Shown here: piece after piece, positions 50,066-60,661 of the stretch | Layout: each line of letters opens with the position of its first letter | How positions within the stretch are numbered: the first letter of the stretch is position 1 | Assembly (NCBI RefSeq): GCF_001707825.1 | Contig: NZ_LYBM01000003.1 | Coordinates: 146,354 to 210,353 of the forward strand | Direction of reading: 5' to 3' | Length of the DNA stretch: 64,000 nucleotides | Source: Veronia pacifica | GTDB taxonomy: Bacteria > Pseudomonadota > Gammaproteobacteria > Enterobacterales > Vibrionaceae | Made by a program: the position numbers and the translations under genes | Notes under the pieces: model-generated | Told to the model about the DNA's origin: nothing | Database searches by the model: none | Seen by the model: the letters and a program-made list of their open reading frames with translations, nothing else

Positions 50066-50980
50066 CTATTTTGCCATATCGTATTTTTCAGTACGGCCAA
50101 TCATTACTTGAATTTCCTGTAGAGCCGTTTCCAAATCCATACCACCAGCTCCCTCGCGAGTTTGAATCGCCCCAAGGCTGCTTGTGACAATATCAATCCT
50201 AGTCATTACCTGTTCATTGATTGCAAGTATGCCGTCCATCTCTGTTAGCGCATTTTTGTGCAGTGTTAATCTTTCAACCAGAGCATTACGTGAGTCTTCA
50301 TGGAGATGCTGGTCTTGAAGACGTTCATTAATATAATCAAGGTCAATGCCGCTGACGCTTCTTCGCAGCAAAACGTAGCGTTGTAATTTATCAACGACCC
50401 CAAGATACAACTGCTCAGTCGAATTTAAGTAGCGTCCATGTGTCATTTCATCATTATCAAATTGATGATTTAAAATGTTTAGAAAAACACCAAACTTCTC
50501 ACGGAGTTTCTCAAACTGTTTCAAAGCCATCGTTTCTTTGAACTCTATCAGACCGCTAATCATGGCTTCTTCAGCCTTACTGTATGACCCAGACCAAGAC
50601 GCTGAAGTAACTGAGTTATCCTCTGGCTTATTAGATTGATGAGAGAGATTAACGTGGCTTGTTTGAGATGAGACAAACGTCTCAGGTTGTTTTGCATTTC
50701 TATCGGCTGTTTTTTCTGTGGCACCGTTTTTTACTCGCAGAAAGAGTTTTACAACTGCAATGATAGGAATAATAAAAACACCTAAAGAAAGAATAGTAAT
50801 GAAAGTGTCATAAATAACGCCTTCGTTACCGAGTAACCCCACCATTAAAGTAAACGCCAACCAAGAAAAAGCAATCGCTCGCGCTCTCTTGCTGTAACCA
50901 TTTCTAAGTAAGAACCAACTGAAAACCATAGGTAAGAAAAAAATACCAACCTGAAGAAAAAAACTAACCTTCCTATTCAT
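50066..50980 (-). CDS. XpaC-like protein (5-bromo-4-chloroindolyl phosphate hydrolysis family) with two N-terminal TM helices
   Basis: Two N-terminal TM helices followed by a soluble helical domain matching XpaC architecture. It lies 16 nt upstream of the TelA paralog. Confidence 0.55.
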   Translation of the reverse strand: MNRKVSFFLQVGIFFLPMVFSWFLLRNGYSKRARAIAFSWLAFTLMVGLLGNEGVIYDTFITILSLGVFIIPIIAVVKLFLRVKNGATEKTADRNAKQPETFVSSQTSHVNLSHQSNKPEDNSVTSASWSGSYSKAEEAMISGLIEFKETMALKQFEKLREKFGVFLNILNHQFDNDEMTHGRYLNSTEQLYLGVVDKLQRYVLLRRSVSGIDLDYINERLQDQHLHEDSRNALVERLTLHKNALTEMDGILAINEQVMTRIDIVTSSLGAIQTREGAGGMDLETALQEIQVMIGRTEKYDMAK

Positions 50981-51370
50981 TCATGGCCCCCAAGCCAAGT
51001 AGAGTGTATATGTTATAAACGGGTATTTATTATCAAATATAAATTATCATGACTTATAAAATTAAAAGTCAATAGCACACAACCTCGCGCGTTATTCTAT
51101 ATCACTCTGACTAATTGACAACAACTGATATCACATATCTACCAGCTTAATATTCGGTTATTTTTTGTTCATTATTTTTTAAGCTTGATTCTATAACTTT
51201 ATGTATGATTATTGAACGCACCCCTAGTGATAATTAAAATACAATCCCTTATCAATATAAAATATTGGATCCAGTTCATAATATTTATTTTTTTGTTCGT
51301 GGTTATTTCTCACTGCCTGTATAAATATGTTTCAATATTCTTCAAATTACTTTTTGGCAATGTTGAGAAT

Positions 51371-51880
51371 ATGACAATTCGTTTCGACAGAGTTCAATCC
51401 TCAGAGCAAGTCACACAGGTCTATGATTTGGCAGTTTCGATATGGAATGAGCACTATACCTCACTCATTGGGGAAGCTCAGGTTGCTTACATGTTAAACA
51501 GTTTCCACTCTCTTGCCACGATATCTGAGGAAGTTGAGACTGCATCAGCCTATTACTTCCTTATCATTAATGATAATTCACCCATTGGCTATATCAGCGT
51601 AAAGCCTGAGGACTCGTCATTGTTTCTCAGCAAGCTTTATGTCCTATCAACCTTTAGAGGAAAAGGGGTTGGTCGCAAGGCTATCCAATTTATTAAAGAT
51701 ATCGCCGCTGAATTCAAAAAAGATAAGATCACTCTCACCGTTTATAGACACAATTCACAGTCAATCAGCGCTTACCAAGCTATCGGCTTCAACATATCTG
51801 GAGAGATTTGTGCTGACATAGGCCATGGCTACTTAATGAATGATTACAAAATGGAAATGATATTGCAGTCTGGGCATTGA
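51371..51880 (+). CDS. GNAT family N-acetyltransferase
   Basis: Motif A RGKGVGRKA. The longer ORF from 51212 adds an AT-rich low-complexity N-terminus that is unlikely to be real. Confidence 0.65.
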   Translation: MTIRFDRVQSSEQVTQVYDLAVSIWNEHYTSLIGEAQVAYMLNSFHSLATISEEVETASAYYFLIINDNSPIGYISVKPEDSSLFLSKLYVLSTFRGKGVGRKAIQFIKDIAAEFKKDKITLTVYRHNSQSISAYQAIGFNISGEICADIGHGYLMNDYKMEMILQSGH

Positions 51881-52004
51881 TCTTTGTTTCCACAGATATG
51901 AAAAATATATTGCTGAAAATACCTAATCGATTAGCGTTCCGTACGAGCTGTTTTCTTTTCAGCGGTCATTAAACAGTTAATGGAAAACGAGAGAGACAAT
52001 ATCG

Positions 52005-52382
52005 ATGAATTACTTCATATTGAGCGCAGGCATCCTTGCCACCCTGACTTCCTTGGTACATATTTTTGCGGGACAGAAAGACCCTATTCGTCCTTTTATG
52101 GATTCAGATTTGAATGAGGTACCGAAAGCGACTCTGTTAGCCTGTTGGCACATGGTATCTGTCATGCTTGTGTTTTCGTCGATCTTCTATTTGTACGTAG
52201 GTTGGTATTCCTTTCTACACCTCTACACCGGTATCTTCGCTCTTTCTCTCACCCACTTGGCATTTTCAGTTGTCTTCATTGTTGTTGGCTGGAATTTTTT
52301 TGGTATACGCGGCCTCCTGAAATTGCCTCAGTGGCTACTTCTTCTGCCTATTGGCCTTCTTAGCTTTTTTGGAACCCTCTGA
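52005..52382 (+). CDS. small hypothetical membrane protein (four predicted TM helices)
   Basis: 125-aa hydrophobic ORF. Confidence 0.4.
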   Translation: MNYFILSAGILATLTSLVHIFAGQKDPIRPFMDSDLNEVPKATLLACWHMVSVMLVFSSIFYLYVGWYSFLHLYTGIFALSLTHLAFSVVFIVVGWNFFGIRGLLKLPQWLLLLPIGLLSFFGTL

Positions 52383-52606
52383 TAGCAAGCCAAAAAAGTT
52401 AGGATTAGCAATCGTCTTCAAACCCAACAAAACCTCTTTTTCACGAGTTGTATCTCAACTCATTTCTGTCTTGTTCATCACTCACCCTCCCTGAATGTCT
52501 TTTTTATCTGACTTTATGTGTCTCTTTTTTTAGCCTAACTTTCTCCGATGTAGAGTGTAACATCCCAACCGCGAGGTAAATTTCGTTAATTCCATAAGGA
52601 GGAACT

Positions 52607-53464
52607 ATGACAGCAAAACCGATCTTTCTTTTGGCGGCAGTCTCATCACAGCTCTTTGTTTTAAGTGCAAACGCCGCCCATCATGGCGAAGTTAGTGACT
52701 CTATCATTGCCAAACAAAGAGAAAATCTAATCTCCAATACCATGGGTAAGGGATTTGGACCGCAGTCTCCGCGCAATATCGATTCGATTGTCGGAAAAAA
52801 CCCTATTACTTTTGGTCAGGCACCGACATCGTCGTCTATGAACCTTTGTAATATCCACTTCCATAAAAATGCTGAACATGCAGGCGGAGAGTTCACACGT
52901 TATGCGGGAAACGGGGATGGTAAGGGCTATCAGAGTGGTTACACTTATAGCGGTAACCTAACGGCTAAAGAACTGACTCCAGTCAATAGGGAAGTTTGTC
53001 CAAGCTCACACGGAGGGCTAAAACCAGGAGACACCATTGAGGTACATTACGTGCATTCAACCGCTCATGTGGAGCCGGGGCCAACACTGGGCGCATGCCT
53101 CAGCGATGCGAATAAAAACCCTCAACTTCGGGTTGAAGCGCAGGTGTTTGTGTTGGTTAATGACCAAGGGGCTATGGACTTTAACCAGCTCACACGAATC
53201 GGCACTCAAAATGGCTTTCAACAGGCTGTAAACATTCCGCAAAACATGGGTAAGCCAGTTGAATATTCAGGCTCAACGACAGGTCCCGGATACAACGAAA
53301 AAGGCTCACCATTTCAGGTCAGTTGGAGCGTAAGACCTAAAGTTGCCAAACTAAATATCCACTCGGTGGCTCAATGGTGTGAGGGAAATGTGTTTAAGGA
53401 AAAATATGGGCACGGTGTCCGTAACCTAGTAAAAAACCCCGCGTTACTGTCCACCATTATGTAA
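52607..53464 (+). CDS. secreted alpha-carbonic-anhydrase-like protein (divergent)
   Basis: Signal peptide. QSPRNIDSI resembles the alpha-CA QSPIDI motif. HFH in NIHFHKNAEH and EVHYVH line up with the three zinc-ligand histidines. Strong RBS taaggagg. Confidence 0.5.
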   Translation: MTAKPIFLLAAVSSQLFVLSANAAHHGEVSDSIIAKQRENLISNTMGKGFGPQSPRNIDSIVGKNPITFGQAPTSSSMNLCNIHFHKNAEHAGGEFTRYAGNGDGKGYQSGYTYSGNLTAKELTPVNREVCPSSHGGLKPGDTIEVHYVHSTAHVEPGPTLGACLSDANKNPQLRVEAQVFVLVNDQGAMDFNQLTRIGTQNGFQQAVNIPQNMGKPVEYSGSTTGPGYNEKGSPFQVSWSVRPKVAKLNIHSVAQWCEGNVFKEKYGHGVRNLVKNPALLSTIM

Positions 53465-53723
53465 CACCTTGGCGGCAGATATTTGTCGCCATACCTCGAC
53501 GTCTGTTGTTCACAGTCCCATTGCAATAGTTCATGCAGAGAAGGCTCAATCAACAATAAATTGTTTCAATGATAGTTAGGAAATCTGTCGGGCATATCGT
53601 AGAAACGATATTAGCTAGATATTGGATGTTGAGTGCGAGGTACACAGAGATACACTGATAACGTCCTTGGAAAAAATACCGTCGATCAACATCATTTAAA
53701 AAGACATCAACAGGGAGGTAAAT

Positions 53724-54089
53724 TTGAATAATCTCAACATCGTAGAGATAAAACCCTTCGTTCCGGCAAAAAACTTTGATGTATCAAAAAAGTTTTATCA
53801 GGTCATGGGCTTTGAAATGGCCTCAGATGTTTCCGGTGTTGCCTACTTTAAAAGAGGCGATTTCTCTTTTCTATTGCAAGATTTCTATCATCCGGACCAC
53901 AGTGACAACTTTATGATGCATCTGCTGGTTGAAGATATTGAGAGTTGGCATCAGCATTTACAGCAGTCAGGAATCGCTGAGTCCTTTAGTACTTCATTGA
54001 CTGAAATCATTCAACAGCCATGGGGTATGCGCGAGTGCTGTTTGGTTGACCCTAGTGGCGTGTTATGGCGAGTCGCTCAGAACATATGA
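53724..54089 (+). CDS. VOC family (glyoxalase/bleomycin-resistance fold) protein
   Basis: 121-aa beta-alpha-beta-beta-beta module pattern. TTG start with RBS gggagg 5 nt upstream. Confidence 0.6.
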   Translation: MNNLNIVEIKPFVPAKNFDVSKKFYQVMGFEMASDVSGVAYFKRGDFSFLLQDFYHPDHSDNFMMHLLVEDIESWHQHLQQSGIAESFSTSLTEIIQQPWGMRECCLVDPSGVLWRVAQNI

Positions 54090-54584
54090 TAATCTTTGAC
54101 CAAACAACATTATAACTGATCAACTCTAGGGTTCTGCCCAAGGGGTTTTATCATTTATACGTTGGTAAAAATAGGCTGACCCACGGGGCGTGGTTTTAGA
54201 AAATCATTGCCTCGACCAGTATTAAAAAAATAAAATTTATTCCTCAGCCTACTGCTCATGATATGTATCCATACAATATTTTATATTAATCATTATTTTA
54301 GACCTATTTTTAAAAAATATTCAATATATATTAGTAAGGTTATCTTTCAATAAATCCTAGCGATTTTTATTACATAAATAACTAAAAATAATATTATTTT
54401 ATATTTTCACTTTTCAAAATAATAATTTATTCTGCTATTTATAAAATATTAAATATCATAGTAATGATTTTTTTGATATGTATCGCAGTTAATTATCCCC
54501 TATGTGTTTCTCTGTCGGATGATGTAGTAATCATATTCACTCCGTTAAACGAGGTACTTAATCGTCCAAATTACTTCTTCATTA

Positions 54585-55178
54585 TTGGTTGAGGTTGTCA
54601 TTACAGTCAAAGGAATAGTATTGAGCAGTCGAGAAATAGATTTATCCCACTTACCCCTTCAGCAACAACTTGTCGAATCTGCATGTAGAGCATTCGAAAA
54701 TATCCCAGATGTCATTGCTGCTGTATTGGTCGGCTCTCTCGCAGCTGGCAAAGGGGACAGAGTCTCAGACGCTGATATTGTTATATTTACCCAAAATAGC
54801 TTCCACAAAAAATCAGCCCCCTTCTTTTCAGCTTTTGAATCTGAGAAAGATATTTTTTACTGCCTTGATGGTTTTCATACTGAAGATGCTTATTTCAAAA
54901 AATATATATTCCATGATTTTACTAGTATCGAAATTCATTGCCTTGACCTCAAGGAGCCATTTGAACTCTGTCACCCGTTCAAGGTATTGTTTAATAAAAC
55001 AGGGATGGTCAAAGAGAGAATTACTGATCAGCCTGCGCCTAAACATCAAGATTTTGAGGCTTACACACATGGTGATAAGGGTATTGTTTGGGAACTTTTT
55101 GACTGTATAAAGTGGCTAAGCCGTGATGATACTGAATTAGCCAAAAGTCATCTGAAAAAGCTTGCCGCAAAAATGTAA
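54585..55178 (+). CDS. nucleotidyltransferase-domain protein (Pol-beta superfamily; antibiotic-NTase-like or MNT-like)
   Basis: NTase signature VGSLAAGKGDRVSDADIVIF. About 38% GC versus about 45% for the flanks. The start is uncertain (TTG 54585, no clear RBS). Confidence 0.55.
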   Translation: MVEVVITVKGIVLSSREIDLSHLPLQQQLVESACRAFENIPDVIAAVLVGSLAAGKGDRVSDADIVIFTQNSFHKKSAPFFSAFESEKDIFYCLDGFHTEDAYFKKYIFHDFTSIEIHCLDLKEPFELCHPFKVLFNKTGMVKERITDQPAPKHQDFEAYTHGDKGIVWELFDCIKWLSRDDTELAKSHLKKLAAKM

Positions 55179-55216
55179 CCGCGACCATGCCATGTCTGTG
55201 GTGAAGAGGGATATAC

Positions 55217-55843
55217 ATGTATTTAGCGTTAACCAGCGATCATTCAACACCACATGGAAAAGCTGCCATTCAGTCTGTCATTTCTGACGCCTTATCAGAT
55301 CAGACAGTTTTCTCAGTGACTTACTTTGCATCTCAACCTGATCCAGGCCTCTTTTTTTTCAATTCAGTAGAATTATTTTATCGCGCTTTGGGTGCTGTCC
55401 ATGTCCACTACGTCGATTCAAACACCAGCCAAATAGACATTGAACAGGCATTGAATGCTTCATTGATTCACTTGTCAGGTGGCGACACGTTTGCTTTTTT
55501 ATCTTGGCTGCAAGAGCGAAGCTTGCTCGATACGCTGAATCGCTTGGCGAGAGATGGTAAACCCTTCGTTGGTGTCAGTGCTGGTGCAATGTTGATGACG
55601 CCGTCTATCGAGTCTGCTCCCTTGTGCGGAGACAAAAATGAGGTTGGCATACAAAACTTGTTTGCCCTCGATTTAGCTCCCTTCCTCTTTGTTCCGCATG
55701 CAGAAAAAAACCAACAGGAAATTGAACGGGTCTTCCAACTACTATCGCAAAAAAGACATCAAGTGGTTCTCTGCACGGATGATGATGCACTGGTCATTAA
55801 AAACGATGAGGTGATTGAGTTCGGCACCCCACTGTGGGTGTAA
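55217..55843 (+). CDS. peptidase S51 family protein (dipeptidase E-like)
   Basis: SGGDTF and the nucleophile motif GVSAGAM are collinear with E. coli PepE. RBS gaggga. Confidence 0.7.
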   Translation: MYLALTSDHSTPHGKAAIQSVISDALSDQTVFSVTYFASQPDPGLFFFNSVELFYRALGAVHVHYVDSNTSQIDIEQALNASLIHLSGGDTFAFLSWLQERSLLDTLNRLARDGKPFVGVSAGAMLMTPSIESAPLCGDKNEVGIQNLFALDLAPFLFVPHAEKNQQEIERVFQLLSQKRHQVVLCTDDDALVIKNDEVIEFGTPLWV

Positions 55844-56086
55844 CTGAGCGCAATAGCTTTTAGATAAGACAGTATCGGAAAAAAAATGTTATTACTCAAA
55901 GTGCTGTGTACCAAAAAATAATAAGACTGCTTAAGTGTGCAATAGTCAGTGAATTAACTTCTTTACGTCAGCACCTCTTCCTTTTTAGAGCCAAACATCA
56001 AAAAATCATCAGAAATGTTATATCCAATGCGCAAGATAGATTGATTGTGTTTTAATCATCTATAGCCAACACTAAACTGGTTTTTA

Positions 56087-56629
56087 ATGATGAATAACTC
56101 CCCCACTTCTTCAAATTATCAGGTTACAAATAATGAGCTTCCCCTTTTGGAAACATTAGTGTGGGAACCGCTGAGCAGCCGTTATGTTTTAGTGAATCTA
56201 TGGCTTAATATCATTTTATATTCTGTCTTATTCGCAGCCAGTATTGGATTTCGATGGCTGCCCCCTTTCGAAAATTTGACAGGCTACCTCTCTGTTGCGA
56301 CTGCCATCTTTGCCTTTTTGATTCCTGCCATGACAACCTGGGGATTTATGTCGGACAAGAAAAAAAGGTTTAGCCTTCGGGAACAAGATATAAGTTTCTC
56401 CAGCGGCATATTCGTTCATCGTCTGGTAACCCAGCCGATGCTCAGAGTCCAACATGTCGAGTTGACACGAGGCCCCATAGAGCGGAAAGCGGGGCTTGCC
56501 AGCTTACAGGTATTCAGCGCTGGCGGGAGTTCACATACTTTTACCATTCCCGGTCTCCCGGTCGAAAAAGCTAAACAAATCCGGCAGTTTATCCTAAGCC
56601 ATGGAGACCTGACTCAACATGACAAATAA
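56087..56629 (+). CDS. YdbS-like membrane protein with bacterial PH (bPH_2) domain
   Basis: Two TM helices plus a PH-like domain. It overlaps the downstream YdbT-like gene by 11 nt, as in the Bacillus ydbST pairing. Confidence 0.6.
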   Translation: MMNNSPTSSNYQVTNNELPLLETLVWEPLSSRYVLVNLWLNIILYSVLFAASIGFRWLPPFENLTGYLSVATAIFAFLIPAMTTWGFMSDKKKRFSLREQDISFSSGIFVHRLVTQPMLRVQHVELTRGPIERKAGLASLQVFSAGGSSHTFTIPGLPVEKAKQIRQFILSHGDLTQHDK

Positions 56630-58157
56630 CGTTGACCAAGTTGGCAGTGTCTCCGCCAGTTCGCCTTGGCGGAGGCTTTCTCCAATCGCCCTTTTATACG
56701 TTGCTATATCCAGTATCAAATTCGTTGCCGGAAACTTCATTTATCTGATACCTATTTTGGTCATTGGTTGGCAGAGACTTTTGCAAAACCCTGAGATCAT
56801 TGTCCCCGGCGTTATTGTTCTTTTTTTCTTCGTCTCTATTTTCTCTTGGCTTCAGTTTCGATCTTACCGCTATCGGATAAGTCACCGTCGTGTCGAAATC
56901 CGTTTTGGTGTCATCAAAAAAACCGTGTTGGATCTTCCCTTCGAGCGAATACAAAACGTTACCATCAACCAACCTTTGTATTATCGATTCACAGAACATG
57001 TCTACGTAGAACTCGAAACGGCGGGTTCTAGTGATCAAGAAGCGAAACTTTTCGCACTGACAAGGCAATATGCAGAGCAGCTGAAAGATGAAATCAGTAG
57101 CTCCCCATCGATCGCCTCGGTTGAAAACGCCCAATCTATCGAACAGCAAGCGACACCAGCCCCAGAGACCATTCTCAATCAGCGTTCAATATTTGATCTG
57201 ATACTTCATGGCATAAGCAGCAATCGAATCTGGATCATGCTGGGAGCTATGGGGCCATTTGCAGAAGAAATATATGCGAAAATGGGTCAGGCACTGCAAT
57301 ACATGAACATAGATCTGGCGGCGATACTTGACCTCTCAAACAGCTCACTGACTGTGATCATCTTTTACACCCTTTCCATTATCCTGACGCTATTTCTCTG
57401 TCTCGTCACGCTATCCATTATGGCGGCAGTGGTCAGTTTTTATGGCTTTACCTTAAGTCGGCGGGGTGAACACTTCATTCGACGCAGTGGGCTGTTTACC
57501 CGGAGCGAAGTCAATATCAAACTGAGTCGACTACAACAGATAGTCTTTCAAAGAGACTGGCTCGATATGCTTCTGGGCCGAACCAATATAAAATTCTTAC
57601 AGGCAGGATCTTCAGAAAAACAACAGTCATCTCAGACCGAAAATCTAATGGTTCCCTCTGTGACGACCGAGCAAGCTAACGCACTCTCATCTCAGGCATG
57701 GCATGACCAACAGCTTGAGAATATGACATTCAACCGGATTAGCAAACGGTATATATTCAGCCGTGTTCTCATAGCTGTCACTCTCCTATTAACGGCTTCA
57801 GGGTTGAGTCATCTATCAGGAGACCGCTCACTCATCTACTTTGCTGCTTCATTGACGCCTGTTGTCATTGCACTAATCGTACTGAGGTGGTGGAGATGGG
57901 GCTATACCTCTGATTATAAATACTTATATATCCGCAAAGGTCTGCTCGGCGTTGATAAGCTCATCGTACCCCTTGATAAGTTACAACAGCTTAAATGGAG
58001 TCAAACAGTGTGGCAAAAGCCTCACCATCTTGGTCAGCTAAAGTTGGTTCTGGCAAGCGGTGCATTATCTGTTCCTTTCATGAATCAGGAATACGCTTTT
58101 CATCTCCTTAACAATACGCTTGAGCGAATGGCGACAAGAAAACCAGCTTGGATGTGA
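56619..58157 (+). CDS. YdbT-like membrane protein with three bPH_2 repeats
   Basis: 512 aa with alternating TM pairs and PH-like modules. Confidence 0.6.
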   Translation: MTNNVDQVGSVSASSPWRRLSPIALLYVAISSIKFVAGNFIYLIPILVIGWQRLLQNPEIIVPGVIVLFFFVSIFSWLQFRSYRYRISHRRVEIRFGVIKKTVLDLPFERIQNVTINQPLYYRFTEHVYVELETAGSSDQEAKLFALTRQYAEQLKDEISSSPSIASVENAQSIEQQATPAPETILNQRSIFDLILHGISSNRIWIMLGAMGPFAEEIYAKMGQALQYMNIDLAAILDLSNSSLTVIIFYTLSIILTLFLCLVTLSIMAAVVSFYGFTLSRRGEHFIRRSGLFTRSEVNIKLSRLQQIVFQRDWLDMLLGRTNIKFLQAGSSEKQQSSQTENLMVPSVTTEQANALSSQAWHDQQLENMTFNRISKRYIFSRVLIAVTLLLTASGLSHLSGDRSLIYFAASLTPVVIALIVLRWWRWGYTSDYKYLYIRKGLLGVDKLIVPLDKLQQLKWSQTVWQKPHHLGQLKLVLASGALSVPFMNQEYAFHLLNNTLERMATRKPAWM

Positions 58158-58245
58158 TGTCCACGCTTCAATTACGACGCCTGGTTTTTCTTTTATTTAT
58201 GTCAGTCGATCACCCCAGCCTCACAACAACAATTCGAGATCAACG

Positions 58246-58794
58246 ATGGAAACCACACTGAAAAAGATTCCGGTTCACTCACGCTCAGTGTTCGAAAATC
58301 TCTTTCAATATTATCGTTATGATATGTCAGAGTTTCTTGGACTCGCGCCAGACGACCATGGGTTGTATGTAACCCGTTCATCACAATTCGACGTCTATTG
58401 GAAAATGCCCGACCATCATCCATTTTTTATCTACGCTGACGGCAATCTTGCAGGCTTTATTCTCATCCGCCGTTATCCCGCGAGGCCAGAGTTATTCGAT
58501 ATTGATCAATTTTTTATCCTGAGAAGATTTAAAGGCCAGGGTGTGGGAAAAGCTGCTTTTAAACAGGCTATCACGCTTTTCCCGGGACAATGGCAGGTCA
58601 GAGTATTACGCGAGAATATCAATGCCCTTCGGTTTTGGAGCAAAGCAGTTGCTGAAGCGACAAGTGGGATATTTTCGTTGTCAGAACAATTGGATGACGA
58701 TCTGTTAATGCACTTTTTTTCTTTCAGTACAATGTCATTCATCCATAAAAAATATTCGCCGAATGACCCATCGACAGCAAACTCACTGAGCTAG
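58246..58794 (+). CDS. GNAT family N-acetyltransferase
   Basis: Motif A RFKGQGVGKAAF. Start at METTLKK. Confidence 0.65.
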   Translation: METTLKKIPVHSRSVFENLFQYYRYDMSEFLGLAPDDHGLYVTRSSQFDVYWKMPDHHPFFIYADGNLAGFILIRRYPARPELFDIDQFFILRRFKGQGVGKAAFKQAITLFPGQWQVRVLRENINALRFWSKAVAEATSGIFSLSEQLDDDLLMHFFSFSTMSFIHKKYSPNDPSTANSLS

Positions 58795-58951
58795 CGATTG
58801 ACTGTGCTCGCTCTTATGACACTGGAAAACAGAGCTATCAAGCCCAATAAAAGGTCTTAGATCAAAATAACAATGCAAATAGAAATGGTTTGCATTTACA
58901 TTTTTCGATGAATATCATCCCGACTCTTTTTTCCAAACCACTTTGAGCAGT

Positions 58952-60661
58952 ATGAAACATCGCTACCTATTCCTCATGATCACAGCAGCCTTACTGACAG
59001 GTTGTTTTGACAACACCAGCTACACTTCAACCGATTCTGAAACAAAAACCGACGAAAGCAAAGACAAAGAAGATGGAGGCAAGGACAAAGACAAGGACGA
59101 AGACGAAGACAAAGAAGGCTCCGATGGAACGAAGCCAGAACAAGTCGTCCGCCTTTCTCCCAGTGATATCAACATTCTTGATACTCATAAAGTCAGTTTT
59201 GCTGTCCCCGGAATGCAAGCTGGAACAGCTCAGGCACTCGCAGACATAACCGCCAACTTCGGTGATGTGTCCGTCGACAGCAAGTTGGGTGTCATGACTC
59301 TTGATGCATCGCCCAAAGGCACCCAAAACGACACCGCCAGTATCTCAACATCGAAAAAAGCGTCAAACGCTAACTACCAATTCACCATCGCGTACTCCAT
59401 CGACAAGCAACGCTACAAGGTGTCTGGATATGCCGTTCCCTACTTCAAAGATGACAATGAACAATTGGTAAAACGCTTCACTAAAATGAATGAAGACGGT
59501 TCTCTTTTGGAAGGCGATGAACAATATCTTTCTGCCAATGATCAACCATGGGCATGTATTCAGGATGCCAGTACCGACCTAATCTGGCAGGTTCCCTCTG
59601 TAGCCGGTGAGTTTGCTTACGACGCCACGTACTACTGGGGTGATAGAATCGTCAATCACAGGGATTTCACTCAAGCCGCCTGTGGACTGGCAAAAGACTG
59701 TAATTCCGACAACCTGAAAGCCTATGCCAATCAAATTGCACTGTGCGGAAATAGCGACTGGCGCTTGCCCACGTCGGCAGAGTGGAAGACTATTCTTGAT
59801 AACAAAATGTTTGACGATAAAAAGCGTCAGCCGCCAATCGATCTCGCGTTTTTCCCCTATGTTGACGCTAATTATGATGAAGCATACTGGACTAACAGGT
59901 TCACACAATATCCTGATGGTCACGATGCTAAAGGCAGCTCCGATGACTGGCAGGGCTCAAATGCGCTAGTTGGTGACGCACATGTTATGTGGATGAGTAG
60001 TGACTTTGATGACATAAGAATCCCGCCTCGCTCCACCAATGAGCCTCACTTTACACTTCTCGTGCGCGGTAAAACCATCGCTGACAAATCAGACAATACG
60101 AAAGATGGTATTACTGAAACACTCGAGAATGAAGTCAACAAAGACAGTGATGAAGATGAAAACTGGACAGCAAGATTCATCAAGATAGGCAGCTATGGCC
60201 AAGCCCTGCGAGACCAGCAAGTCGCAGAATGGTCTTGTACCAGCGATACCTTTTACCGTGCTGATATGCCTAACACCCAAATCCTTTGGCAACGCCTCGA
60301 TAATGACCAGCCCATGTCTTTCAGCGATGCAGAGCAGTATGTTAAAGATATCAATGCCAACACGCTATGTGGTAGAAATGACTGGCGCCTGCCTAATGAA
60401 AATGAGCTGAAATCTCTATTGATTAACCGTGTTTCCTACGGGATACCAGATACTCTGGGAGCGGGTTATAGAAGTAGTGTACTCGACGATACTGTGGTCG
60501 AGTATGACAGTTATTACTGGACATCAACACCAAGTAGTTACTATCCAGATACCAAGCATATGGCCGTTGCTTTTCAGACTGAATTTTCTGAGAGCAGTGC
60601 GGTTGCTAACGAAAAAACTGCCCGCGTCCGCTTAATTTCGACATCCAGTATCCAGCCATGA
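58952..60661 (+). CDS. lipoprotein with acidic low-complexity tether and two DUF1566 (Lcl C-terminal-type) domains
   Basis: Lipobox LLTGC. D/E/K-rich linker. Two DWRLP(T/N)xxE motifs (NSDWRLPTSAEW; RNDWRLPNENEL). Confidence 0.7.
   Translation: MKHRYLFLMITAALLTGCFDNTSYTSTDSETKTDESKDKEDGGKDKDKDEDEDKEGSDGTKPEQVVRLSPSDINILDTHKVSFAVPGMQAGTAQALADITANFGDVSVDSKLGVMTLDASPKGTQNDTASISTSKKASNANYQFTIAYSIDKQRYKVSGYAVPYFKDDNEQLVKRFTKMNEDGSLLEGDEQYLSANDQPWACIQDASTDLIWQVPSVAGEFAYDATYYWGDRIVNHRDFTQAACGLAKDCNSDNLKAYANQIALCGNSDWRLPTSAEWKTILDNKMFDDKKRQPPIDLAFFPYVDANYDEAYWTNRFTQYPDGHDAKGSSDDWQGSNALVGDAHVMWMSSDFDDIRIPPRSTNEPHFTLLVRGKTIADKSDNTKDGITETLENEVNKDSDEDENWTARFIKIGSYGQALRDQQVAEWSCTSDTFYRADMPNTQILWQRLDNDQPMSFSDAEQYVKDINANTLCGRNDWRLPNENELKSLLINRVSYGIPDTLGAGYRSSVLDDTVVEYDSYYWTSTPSSYYPDTKHMAVAFQTEFSESSAVANEKTARVRLISTSSIQP

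Noticed and set aside
51212-51370. Long N-terminal extension of the GNAT ORF from 51212
   Set aside because: The AT-rich low-complexity stretch (IIKIQSLINIKYWIQFIIFIFLF) has no RBS. The GNAT fold begins at the internal Met 51371.
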